Of a stretch of 64,000 nucleotides of DNA, positions 1 through 12,811 are shown one piece after another (positions within the stretch are counted from its first letter, which is position 1; each line of letters starts with the position of its first letter). A program made the translations under genes and the position numbers. Below the pieces are notes generated by a model. That model saw only the letters and a list, made by a program, of their open reading frames with translations. It had not been told where the DNA came from and ran no database searches. The stretch is from Balanoglossus misakiensis (Eukaryota > Animalia > Hemichordata). The stretch spans positions 496,001 to 560,000 of the forward strand of contig CM082598.2 in assembly GCA_040954595.2 (NCBI GenBank), written 5' to 3'.

Positions 1-81
1 TATAATTAATAGAAAAAAGGGCAGCGAGAGAGAGACTTTGTCCCTTTAACGCGTATTCTAGAAAAACTAATTGATTCTTAC

Positions 82-1455
82 CTAAGGGAGGAGTATGAGT
101 AAGTAGAATGTCTGTGTCTTCTGGAATTTTTTCCCACTTTTCTAGTAAATCTGCACCTCTGATCAAGGTAAATGCTCCTGAATGATACAATGGTTGCCTA
201 ATGAAAAAAGAAGAAGATATAAATGTACGGCACATGTATAAAAACAAAGGAAACTCTGAAACTCAAATGCTCTGTAACACAAGTCACTGAAGATGTCAAA
301 TAACCAGTCTATAGTATACTAATACAGTAAGGTCCGTGAACATAAAAAGCAGCCAAAATCATCGAAAACTTTACAAAACAAAAAATATCCACCCCCAAAA
401 TACCACATCGACCAATCAGAAATACCTTTGTAACTTAGAATAGCAAACAAGAACCTACCATGGTGATCCGTAGATACTAAATCCCAGAACATTAGTCTTT
501 TCATCTTCTAGATATGTACAGTTGGTCAGCATTGCCACGTAGTCTTTCTTATGGACGGGTACTCGTCTACCAGAAAGTTTCATCAGAGCTCTTAGTTTGG
601 AGTTATCCTCAGGGTCTAAAGCCAACTCATGGTTGCCTGCGATGACAATTTTATGTGTATGCGGCAGAGTTCCTGTTAAAAAAAGGATAAAGATTTCTTA
701 AGTAGAAGTTCCTACAAATACTGTAAACTGGGAAATGTTCACGATATCAAGAGGCAAACTGTTATGCAATGATTAAGTTTTGCGTTCCTGTATGTCACTA
801 ACTACATCGTTACCTCAAAAAAACATTTTATGCATCTTATTATTTTTCGTATTTTTCTGGCTCTCGAAAAGAAGGAACCCGATTCAATGACTGTGTACAC
901 ATTATTTTTGGACAAATTACACTCTAAAACTTGCCTTTCTATAGCAAACTAGATGAGGCTATGTAGTATTAAGAAGGTATAAATAATCTTACCTAGCCAG
1001 GTGTTAAATTTCAGGAATTCTTCAGGACTGGAATGAGACGTGAAATCTCCTGCATGAAGAAGGATATCACCAGGTGGAACAGGTGGCATTTTATCCGTCC
1101 GAGAATGGGTGTCCGATACACAGACGAATCGAATGAAACCTGAAGTTAAATTGGAATAATTGACAGTTACTGTAGTGTAGGAAAGTACACAGGAAAATTA
1201 AAGCCCATAAATGAAGCTGCCATTTTTGCATGATTTTCATGATTTAATTTTCAACTTACAACTTTCCATTAATTCATTTAAAAGACCTAAGTTTTAGAAA
1301 TGTACAATACCTTCCTTCTTTGGATCTTTGGGATTTTCTACTTTCAGTTTCTTGAATTTGTGTGTTTTTTGAAGGATTTTCCATGCCTTGTTTGGGCTTC
1401 TGCTGTGTGTGTGGACACCAATATGTGTACTTGTACTCAAATCTGATTCAGCCAT
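82..1455 (-). CDS. MPPED: Metallophosphoesterase domain-containing protein (MPPED1/2 family); 3' end runs off the window
   Basis: Exons 1455-1311, 1139-993, 672-459 and 197-82 join in phase at GT-AG sites: MAESDLSTSTHIGVHTHSRSPNKAW...RFVCVSDTH...GDILLHAGDFT...HKIVIAGNHE...LTNCTYLED...IYGSPWQP...WEKIPEDTDILLTHTPPLG. The calcineurin-like DxH, GDxx and GNHE motifs are present. The ORF track misses this gene. Confidence 0.92.
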
Positions 1456-1829
1456 CTACCTGTATCTGTTAAAACAAAATATACATGTATGCATATGTAA
1501 TAAACATACTTTTCAAATATTTCACTGCAAGTATACATGTCTAGTAGCGGCAGACAATCCTGAATGACTGATTTTATATTCATTCTCTGTTAAAGGGACA
1601 AAGTAGCTCACTTTTAACTTTTTTGTTTATACATTTCTTTTGATGTTTTGTGGGATTCACAATATTTTAGAAAGTAGAACACCATAAAAATCCATCAAAA
1701 GGAAATAATATTAATATCAACAAAATAATATGTGCTCAAGCATTTACATTTACATGTTAACGTCTTCGAAATAATTCAGCAATGATGAGTAGCATTGTCT
1801 TTGTGAAATAATTATTAATTAAAAGTTAA

Positions 1830-2760
1830 TTAAAACCACGCCCTCATCGTTGAAATACGATATACGTACTCATAACGTTCGCCCAAACGAAAGAAACATT
1901 TACTTCACACATAGCACAGTGCACTTTTTTTAGTTTCTAGAGAAAAATTCTACAAGATGATATTGTTTTCATATCATCATCATATCAATTGCTTAATAAG
2001 AGAGAAAACGTTCCTAAAAACTGGATATACGCCGAAAACGCATGATTTTCTGCGTTCCGACGCCATCTTGTTTAGCACTGGAGCAGACGATAATCGATTT
2101 TTCGTCTGCTTCAAGATTGTTAGCAGGGGATTCGTTTGGTTATACACTTCCTAGAGGCGCTCCGTGTGGCGCAGGATAAATGACAAACACCAGGAGATAG
2201 TGACAGTGACATTAGACAACTAAAAATGAACCTTGTTTCATGTCAATGTCAATTTTTTCACAGTGCGTCACTCAAGTTTACATGACAGCTATAGTTCTTA
2301 CCTTACTCCACTTCAATTTCAAAGCTTGACAAGCCAGCTCCCGCACGCAGCAGCGACGGAAAGCCAATAATCAGCTCATGTTTTCTAACAACAGACTAAC
2401 AACTCAGTTAATATTTGTTGTGTAATACCGCTGACTCATAATTCGGAATTTTCAAACCTATGTAGTACGGTGAAGTTTATTTCCGCGTTCCGCGTCCAGG
2501 AGATGGAGCCCTCAGCTCAATGGCGATTTTAAAAAGTGGGCGTGGTTGTAATTCGTTTCCAAGGCAAACGCGTGTCATGTCAACAATCATCAAAGTTGGT
2601 TGAAAGACTCTAAAAACACATCCAACGCAGTTCCGCTTTTATGATTTAAGCAATCCGGGGTACTTTGCGGCCAGTTAGCACTCCAAGTCATTAATATCGA
2701 CATTTTAAAGCGACTTTTTCATGAGTGGGCGTTGGCGCTGATAGTGCAAAGGTCAAAGTT
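1830..2760. promoter_or_regulatory. Probable bidirectional promoter region between MPPED and TYMP
   Basis: CpG-enriched stretch between divergent genes. It has a YY1-type GACGCCATCTTG at 2059-2070 (oriented toward MPPED), GC/KLF boxes CCACGCCC (~1836) and GGGCGTGG (~2538), and CCAAT (~2364). Confidence 0.5.
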
Positions 2761-2892
2761 TATGACATTGTCGTTGCAATATATCAACAAATGAAACGCG
2801 TGTGTGATGTGGCATAGCGTACCCTGGTGAACAGACCAATTGATCATTTGATCCAACAGCAGCAGCAACGCACGACGAACGGACTAGACACC

Positions 2893-5800
2893 ATGTCGAC
2901 GACAGGCGGGTTTCGGACCGCTGACCTGATCATGAAAAAGCGAGATGGAGAACAACTGACTGACCAGGAATTGAATTGGTTTATTGACGGTGTAGTAAGT
3001 GATCGCGTCCAGAAGAGTCAACTAGGTTTGTTTTCATGTTTAGTCTATTTATTGATTTAAAAGGACAATTCGATGTTTAACAAAGTTGTGCTATCTAATA
3101 ACCCGTCCATCTTTGGCGTTGAATGGCCGTGCGTAAGCCAAAAACATATAAACACGTTCACGGGTTTACAGTTATATGCAAATGAACGGGTTTACAGTTA
3201 TATGCAAATGATCAATATGTGTGTGGTCGTTGACGTGACGTTGGCAGTCAGGGATTTAGGGATGAACAATTTTATGTTGAGGGGGGGGGGGGGTCAGAGG
3301 ATTGATCTATTGATTTTCTCTCTCATAATTTTTGACGATTTTACTTTCTTTCTAAATGTTTAAATGATCACTTCTGTGAGATAAAAAGAACTCATATTCA
3401 TTTCGTATGTCTGTTACATTCTGTTCTGTTTCGTTCGGATTAGTGTAAGCCTTATGAGTAAAAGATTTTCTGGCTGTGAATATTAATTCAGCAGATTATG
3501 TTTGTTTTTTTGTAACTTCATTTCAGGTGCCATGTTAATGGCCATCTTCTTGAAGGACATGACTTCTGCGGAGACAATATCCCTGACGAAGCACATGATG
3601 AATTCCGGAAAAGTTCTGGAATGGCCATCGGAGTGGAAGGGAATAATAGTGGATAAACACTCCACTGGGGGTGTTGGGGATAAAGTCAGTCTTCCTTTGG
3701 CTCCAGCTCTTGCAGCTTGTGCGGTCAAGGTACTGATGTTTATCACGGTCAGATATTTTTAGACCCACCAGTAACAACTCAACATATACCACTGTTACCT
3801 TTATCATATCATTTTATCACTTGTCGATAAACATTTCGCCCTCGAATAAGCACTCAGTCACCTTTTTACCGTATGACCTGGCCTAGTTCTCATCTCAAAT
3901 TTATTCCACATATTTTTGACGATAAGGCAGTTTACAATGTTGCTTTGGCTAAATGTTGGGCCCACATCAATATTTACAAAATAGAGTAAATGTTTCCAGT
4001 TTCAGTGACATGAAAATTATAGTAGCCAACCGAAAGTCTGCCCTATTCAGCCACAGTACCAGCATCTGTTTAAGTACAGTCATCTCTCCATCGTCTGTTT
4101 GTTCGGGTTGTTGACTTTGACCACAGTCAAAGAGCAAGACCTTGGCAGACGAAGATGCCCTCTCTCTACTCCGAGTCGAGTCACCTCTGATTTTTGGCCA
4201 ACTGATGGTTATACGCTTGTTTGAATTTGATTTGGTTTGATGGCACCTGGAGACCAGCTTCTGGTCTTTACATTGGTTTACTATTTTCTTTTTAAATTAT
4301 TTTGTATGGCGATCTCTGGTCGTTTTGTAAAGAGATAACACAAAAGCGCGTATATCGCCTTAAGTCGATTCATTGCATATAGAAACCACAGAACGAGTAG
4401 AATACACCAATGCTTTTGCACAATCAGCAGTTTTACTCTAAGTACGTCACATTTCATTGTTGGTTCAGCTTGGGGTGAGCAATATTTGTTAATGATTGAA
4501 TGTGGATAAAGGGCGAAGCCAATATAACTTGCTAGGTTTGTCCATGTTCGTCTATCACCATGGAAATACTAGTTTGTGGGACGTATATGTACCTGTCTAT
4601 AAAATGGACATTGAATCAGGTTCTTAGAAGTGGACGGTCATACAAAAGCTGTCAGCCTTATTTGATCTGTTGCCAACTGAACTGAAATGAAAGGTTGGAC
4701 TGTGTTTGGCTGTACAATGTATGTCCAGGGGAATGCTGGTTTTAACAAAAACACTGCACTCCTGTAAATAGCTTTTTGTATCTTGAAACTCACAGAAACT
4801 CACTGGCAAAATTCCCTTTGTGAATAACTGTTGTATGAACTCTTTCGATATCGATGCTGATAAACACATTGCACAGTGTTTGCCTCCTGTCTATGAATAA
4901 TATGAAATCCAGTTTTATCTGAAGCCCTCAGAATCTCTATTTGTTTTGTCAAAGGTGACTGACCTACTGCTGTAACTTAGCATTCTCCCAGCATTCAGTA
5001 CAACCAAATGTCTCCAAAATGTAATGTTAGATAGTTTTGACGTTTGAAAAATTTAAGTCCATGGGATATGATGTTATAACATTCCAATATGGGGCCAATA
5101 CAAACTCCCTAGCGACAATGATCATTCCCATAGAAACAACTTATCCTCATTGATTTCCATGGTTACTTTCCTGTCAGGTGCCAATGATATCAGGACGAGG
5201 ACTGGGACATACTGGAGGGACCCTGGATAAACTGGAGTCAATTCCGGGATTTCAAGTCTCTTGTTCCGTGGAAAGAATGCAGAAGATGCTGGATGAGGTC
5301 GGATGTTTCATCGTCGGGCAGACAGAAGGAATCGTGCCAGCGGACAAGATAATGTATGCGACAAGAGATGTCACGGCAACGGTTTCATCCATTCCTCTCA
5401 TCACCGGTCAGTGTATCTAAATACTGCATGACACTTTCTCTGGCCAGTGAAACCTGTCTATTAAAATTGTTAGTTAAAAGTTTATAAGCAGGAGGTTTCT
5501 GTGAACAAAGTCAAAAGCCTTTTGTTAAAACCTGGGGCTTTTTTGTATTTCTGCCCTTCATGACAACCTTGTTAACCTCCAGAAAAGTACAATTTCTATT
5601 GATAACATGATTGTTCAATTTCATAATCAGAGCTTGTTATTATTCTTGTTGACTCCAGGTTCAATAATCAGTAAGAAGGCGGCAGAGAGCCTATCAGCAT
5701 TGGTGTTAGATGTCAAGTGTGGCAAGGGTGCATTTATGCAGACAGAGAAAGAAGCAAGACAATTGGCTCAAAGCTTGGTTTGTATACTAGCATAATCTTT

Positions 5801-7153
5801 CCACTAGTAACTGTTATGTGGCACCCCAAGTTTCTAGAAAATTCATGGAAGTTTGTGTCAAACATTCTTGTTAAGTTATGGAAAGTTTTGCAAGATGAAA
5901 TACTGCTTAAAAATCCCTCAAAGTTCATATTTATCCTTCATGGTTATCTGTCCAAACCACTTTCAGATACAACTCTTTCATTGATTGTAACTGTCCATAG
6001 TATCACTATGTCCCCAAGATTGGTGTGAGGGGGAGTGGGAGATACTGTAAAGGAATTTTCCAAGGAATACATGTGGAATACACCAGCTTCTTTCCTCATT
6101 TATTTTCCAGGTGAGAACCAGTAATGGACAAGGAATCAAAACAGTGGCTTTATTAACACGGATGGATAATCCGATCGGCTTGACCATTGGCAATGCATTG
6201 GAGGTTGCGGAAGCCATTGAATGTCTCCATGGTGACGGACCGGATGATTTGAAAGAGCTGGTAACCAAATTAGGTAATCTTGATTCACTCTTACAATTAT
6301 AGGTTCTGTTGTGTGAAATCAGTTATAACTTTTGAAATCTGCCTTCAATTTTTTCTGATATCATTTTGATAATTCTCTCTCATACAATAGGTGGTCATCT
6401 CTTGTTTTCTGCTGGGAAAGCAACTTCTGCTGAAGATGGCGTCCAGAAAATCCATGAAGCGCTGAAAAATGGCAGTGCTATGAGAAAGTTCAAAGAAATG
6501 ATGGTCGCACAAGGAGTGGCAGAAGATGTTGCTGAGAAACTTTGCAGTAAAGATGGTGGACCTTGGGTTGTCATGGAAACATCGAAATACCAAACACCTA
6601 TTAAATGTACTGAAACAGGTATGAACTCAAATAAACTTTTGTCATCATTATTGGTGAGGTTTGACTCCGACAACTCTGACCTCCTGAAGTCATTTGAAAG
6701 TTTCTTTCCAAGACAGAATCAAAGTGTTAAGCCATAATGGTTGCTGTTACGATGACTTTTTTTAGGTACAGTTGAAAGTATCGATGCTGAAGAATTAGCG
6801 AAAGTATCCTTGGAGTTGGGAGCTGGGCGATCCAAAGCTGGAGAGGACATCAACCACAGAGTTGGGTTGCAATTAAAATGCCAAGTTGGAAGTAAACTTA
6901 AAAATGGTAATTAGCGTGGTTGTGTTGTGTTGTTTTGATATCCGCTGCCCCTTAGTGGCACTCGAAATCTGGCTGCCATCTTGAATTCACTAATGAATCC
7001 TCTTCCATTTCAGGTGATACATGGACTGTTGTACATCATGATTGTGACCCCTTATCCACAACTCATCTCAACCGTCTACAGTCAGCGTTACATCTCTCCG
7101 ATGAAGGCTGCGGTCATTCAACATCAAGGATTATTGACGTCATCACTGATTAA
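2893..7153 (+). CDS. TYMP: Thymidine phosphorylase, ~451 aa, 8 exons
   Basis: Exons 2893-3025, 3527-3729, 5178-5406, 5659-5777, 6111-6273, 6391-6618, 6766-6906 and 7014-7153 total 1356 nt in frame. Motifs: [85 protein letters not shown]. Confidence 0.96.
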
Positions 7154-7157
7154 ATCT

Positions 7158-7243
7158 TTCACACCCATTTTTCTGTATAGAGGTCCAACTTCATCATAGA
7201 AAACAATGGGTTTGGCCCAAACCATGGCGGTAAAAGGGTTAAA
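7158..7243. repeat. Short dispersed repeat; further copies at ~7937-8010 and ~54941-55007
   Basis: Shared blocks TAGAGGTCCA...CATAGAAA...ATGGGTTT...AACCATGG in the first two copies. The third copy shares TAGAGGTCCA and AACCAT...GGT(A/G)AAAGGGTTAAA. Confidence 0.55.
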
Positions 7244-8944
7244 GTATAATAAGTATGCTTTATTTCTTCAAAGAAAGCAAGGCGATAGAATGGCTAAAAA
7301 GCTTTATGAAGTAGTACTGTAAAATATCAGAGGTGAGTTCAGCAGCTTATAACCAGATGATTTGGTTGAAAAAAATACATTCCTACATCAGTTAATGTTG
7401 TGTACTTTATCGTAAGTACCAGAAGTTTAGGAAGTGAAACAAGTAATTCAAATACAACCAAATATTAGAACAGAACTGAGTTTTTTAACTTTACTGCTTA
7501 TATTTTGTGTTGGACATGACAGAAACAATGCAATAATATATACTTCAAAATATATATTATTCATGATCAATTTCAACTCTTCAATGCACATGGCGTATAC
7601 TGAAATAATTGTGTTAAAGAAATAAAAAAAACTTTATTTGGTTTTAGAGTGAAGTTTAAATTTAGTAAAATGTGTTAAACATGATAGTTTATCATAAAAA
7701 TAAATATGATCATGCCTCAAATTATACACACTATTTTTATTATGCAAGTGTTTATAAGACTTGAATAATTTTTATCGCTTTTAGTTGACAATGTGTGTTT
7801 GGGATGTTTTGTTAAAATTTGCATTTTATGTTTATGGATATCTATCGACGAATTGTACGAGTAATAATATATAAGAAAATAAAGTTGCTTAGATATTAAG
7901 ATTTGCACCTGTGTCACATCTTTATTCAGTGGTACCTTTTCACCCCCAGTTCCCTCTTTAGAGGTCCAGGTTTACCATAGAAATAGATGGGTTTTGACTG
8001 AACCATGGTTACATCAAAAACAGTTTTATTCACAATAGTTAAATATTTACATTTGATCGCTGATGTGCTTAATTTATGAAATGCCCAACAACTTTCATAT
8101 CAAACTAGTCATTGTCAGGATTTGAAGGTCAAAGTTGTCAACTACAGAAAGGCATGTCTAATTATAGAAATTCAAAAATTGTAATCTTATCAAAAGGTTG
8201 TAAAAAGACTTTCATACAATTCAACGAATCATAAGAGACAATGCCAAAAGCAAGTGCAATTGTCTCTGACAACTACATTAAAAAAAATATAGGCAGCTTA
8301 TTTCAAATGTAGTTTCTGATTTCATTTTGCACCCAGGATAATAATACTGCAGTATATGATTTTAATTAATGACATCAAAAATCATTTTTGAAACTGATAA
8401 AATGAAAACAAGAAAGAGTGATTGTATCTAGAGCAAACATGTTTAATTGTATCGGTGAATAAAAAGTTAAAAAGCTAGTCCTTGTATCTTTATTACTGTA
8501 TCAGCTACAGTTTCTTGCCGTAGAAGTCATGAAAGCTTTTTGGAACATTAAGTGAAAGCAGGTTTGTCAACACAACCTCTCTGTATAATAGTTTTACAGA
8601 CAGCTGCCATTCACAAGTTAAATACTACTCAGACTAAAGTGCTTTGGATAGTAAGTAAATAATGAGTATAGTTGTTATGCAGAACAAACACTCAGAAGTT
8701 TGGAGGGGGAGTATATGAATGAATTGAAGAGGGAGGGAGGGGAGGGAGAAGGGAGAGAAAAAGATAGTGGAATAATATACAGTTGATAAGTTCAACAAAA
8801 ACATGGCATTAAACTCTGAAAAAAAGCAGATCGTCTGTATAATTCCCTGATTTTTGGCAAAAATCAATACAAGTTCTCATTTCGTATCTCAGTTGCTGAA
8901 AATGGTAGCAATATAACATGACTCTGTTCAGCTATCATTTCCTT

Positions 8945-11900
8945 TCAATCTATTGAACTTTTCATGTGTTCATCTAAGCCGTGTTCATCGTTGGTGGCGC
9001 TCTTGGGAGATATCCTCTCCACAATCAATGAGAGACGATCCAGGCTTGTGACACCGTTGTGATCATAGCCTAATGAATGAACAATAAAGTATTGATCAAT
9101 CAATTAAATAATTAATTGTCTGTGGAAAAAAAACTTTTTCAAAATAAGTGCACACACTAATGAATGTACAAGAACAAAGTTCTCTCCTAAGTAACAATAT
9201 ATTTTGTCTGTTGAGACAACTGTCACTGAGAATAAATTCTAGGTTTAGTATGGGTGCCATCACTTAAAGTCGATGAATATCTTCTAAAACAGAGACACTT
9301 GTTAAATTCTTGCATTAAGCTAACAGGCAATAAGTAGAACTTCTCATTAATTTGAATTACATTATCCGATCAGCGGTTAAAGGGTGACAACATGTCTATT
9401 ATCTCTTCTACCTTTGGTCTGGCGTTCATATCAACATATGTTTCAATCTCAACATCACAGTTTTCAATCAACCCCTGTTGAGACGCGGGAAATTCATGAC
9501 ATGTGACTGAAAGCGTTTCCCAGTTGGCCCTAAACAGTCAGCGTTAAACCTCAGCTCAGCGAGCGCCCAACAACCAGTGAAACGGACGTACATCAAAAAC
9601 TAACAACGCCTTGTCCAATTACCGGGTCAATTTCATGCCTACGTCTCCAGAAATGAAAAGAAAACAACATTTCCAGCTTTTAGCTAGCACGTGGTATCGA
9701 CTGCTGACAAACAGTGCCCAGGTTTTAGAATGTGCTAACTTAACAATTCTATAAATATAATTTCAAATGTTACGCTTAATCAAGACAAGATTTCCTATCC
9801 CTCCCCCTCTGATTGGCCAACTCATTCGATCCATGTGGTTATGGCCACTACTAATATATTTACGTTTTGCAAAATCATCGACCATATTTGCAAATTGCGG
9901 CCACTATTTGTTAGCTAGTCTCTGGGTATGTTCTGAGTTTCTGAGGGCCGAACCCAGACCCACAGCACCAAACCACGTAGAAAGCGTAGAAGTCTCTCTC
10001 CCAACCCTATAGCTGCCTGTCACTTAACATTTTTTGCTCGTCAGTTTACCAACAAAATAATAATTCAGTATGGCCATCTATATTGGATGTTTTGACCTCT
10101 GACCCTACACACCATGGTTCAACTTACCGATAATTCCGGACGTGTCACTCAAAGACTGGCCAAAATGGCGTAATTTTTCAGACGAGAATGGATTTGGAGT
10201 GTTGCCAATGGATACGGGACTACTGCTCGCCGAACTTACAATCGTCTGGAATGAGACAGAAATGAAAAAAATATAGTGCGACAGAAGTAAAGTTGTAATA
10301 GAATATTAGAGCGATCATTGGATGACGCATAACCAAATATCTTAGGATTTAACCAATCAGGAGATGTCATTTCTGTGACAGTAACTTCAGCATCAAGTTG
10401 CGTAGAAACGCAATAAGGGAAGAACTTATCGAAACCGCACTTATCGTTTGGACATTTTCGGTGGAATTGTTGGTTCAACTCTTACGGGATGGATGGAATG
10501 TGTCCTGTGACGGTCAGATTTGGCCAATTTCAGAAATGAAATAAATCACAAGTCACACATGGATCTCACCAGGATATCAACCTAATTTTTGAAAGCGTCT
10601 CACTTCGTTGCCACAAATTATGAGCCTGTACTTGTTTGGGTAGAAGTCACATGGACATTTCTTTCTGAAGACAATCATTTTCTCGGAGTACAGTACAACA
10701 AAAGCAAGCCGCTCAGCTCTGCGGTATATTGAACACCCGACCGAGATTTGAGCTCGCGATCACCAGAGTGTCGAAACCAGACCCTCGGAAGTAACCCCTT
10801 AACCCGCATTGTGATTACTAACATGAACAATCTGTTTGAGTCTGACATTGACATGCTACTGAGTAGACGCAGATTTTGAGAGTTATAGTACAGCCATGGC
10901 AAGAAAAGCTGTCGAACAATGCTTTCAAAGAAAGGTGGTCTTTTTAGCGCCATTTGTTTCATAGAAAACTGTAAACGATAGACATACATTCAGATACAGA
11001 TACAGATTCAGACAAGACTTTGTTGTGTAGACTGTCAATCGTCATTTGCAATCTTATTGCCTCCGTGACGTCACACATCCTCAATCACAACATCATGAAC
11101 ACAGCAAAGTACAGAACAACCATGGTCACAATAAATACAATTCACGCTTTTTCTTACACTCTACTTTTAAGAGGTGATGCTTCATTATCAGAGAGTAACA
11201 TGACTGCGGAAACATCAACATTTTTCAATCGTGATGATGTCAACTTCCCATTTGAAGTGTCAATGAAAGTGGCCAATTGCGTCATGAAATTCTCAGTGAC
11301 TCATATTTGAAAACTCCTCTGCCGCGCCATGCCATGCTTCACAATGATGGTACCTCTAAAGTATCCACAACACAAACTGACTGATTAAATCAACCATTTC
11401 CTATGACCAAAACAGGTTTTTGAAGTCTAGCGTTATAATAGTCGATAATGATGCACAAAACAACAGTATCAACTGAGTCTGCGTGGTTTCAAATGTCCAA
11501 CCATGGTAACCGGAGAGTTCATGTCGTTTCTTATCTCTGCTGACCTTTGACCTCCACCGGAAACATAAATATTATATATTGCAAAGACATCTGTTCTTCA
11601 ATCGGATTGTTTGAGTCGCCGCTGGAAAAGATATTTCGCTATATGACTTTCAAATGTCAAAGATACACAGGTTGGCCCACAAGCCAGCAGAAATGCATGG
11701 ATACCACTGTGTATTATTCACCATGCACCAATCTCATCTGGAATCACCTGGTTACACTGGTTGCATAGCAACACGTTGATATCAAATTCAAAATGGCGTC
11801 GTGACGCCAACTTTTGATACAATAGCAATGGTTAAATAGTGACATCATTGCCTTTCTGGGTCATAGTGGTAAAAGTTGAGATAAAAAGTGAAAGAAATTA

Positions 11901-12751
11901 TTTTGGATATTTTTAAACCTTTACCAGGCCACGCGAGATCTCGCATGATCTCGTGGTGTTCAGAAAATGGTCTATTAATGTCCTTATGCATGTACCGTAT
12001 CTGCCAGTCCTGCAACATGATTTCAACAACACAGGATACAAGTTGACTCACATTTAAACCCCAGCGACCAAACTAACTAACGTTCATAACAACAAAGTAA
12101 ACGATCTCCACACCACACACATAACCACTACGATGATAGGACGTGGAAAGTTCTGTAATTAGAAAGTGAGCATAGAAAAACTCAACACGTCGCATCAAAT
12201 GAGTTTGTGTTGATATTTGGTTTCACTTTGTTTATACTTTGAGACTTCATGTTGATACTTGAGTAGCTGAAGTGTGTAAACCATCAGACGTACTGAATTA
12301 CGCGTTAATAGAAGGGGTATCCTTCATAGTCAGAACAACTTTCCAAACCACTTATGTTTTACTCGATTAATTTAATACAGTGATTTGCCAACATAAGGGG
12401 ACGTTGGGCGAAACTTTGCATTTGTACGACGGTAAAAATGATGGGTCTGTTATCACAATTTACTAGACAGTTGCATCAAGGAACTTAAGTCTGTCAAGTG
12501 ACCTCGGTCTCGCGGTTCAGCGCCAATCACGTGACCGTGACGGGGACAAACTGCGAGACTTTTCACTTTCTTCTTCACGCTCACTTACAAAAAGAAAATA
12601 AACATATGAACCACATGGGGATCTTCAGTTACCTCTTTTGGCTGCGATTTCTCTTAAAATGGGTGATGTCAGATGTACATGATGCAATGATTTTCTTAGG
12701 GAAAGTGTTTCCTTAGTCTCTCTCTCTCTGCCTGTCTGTCTGTCTATAATG

Positions 12752-12811
<60 letters not shown>

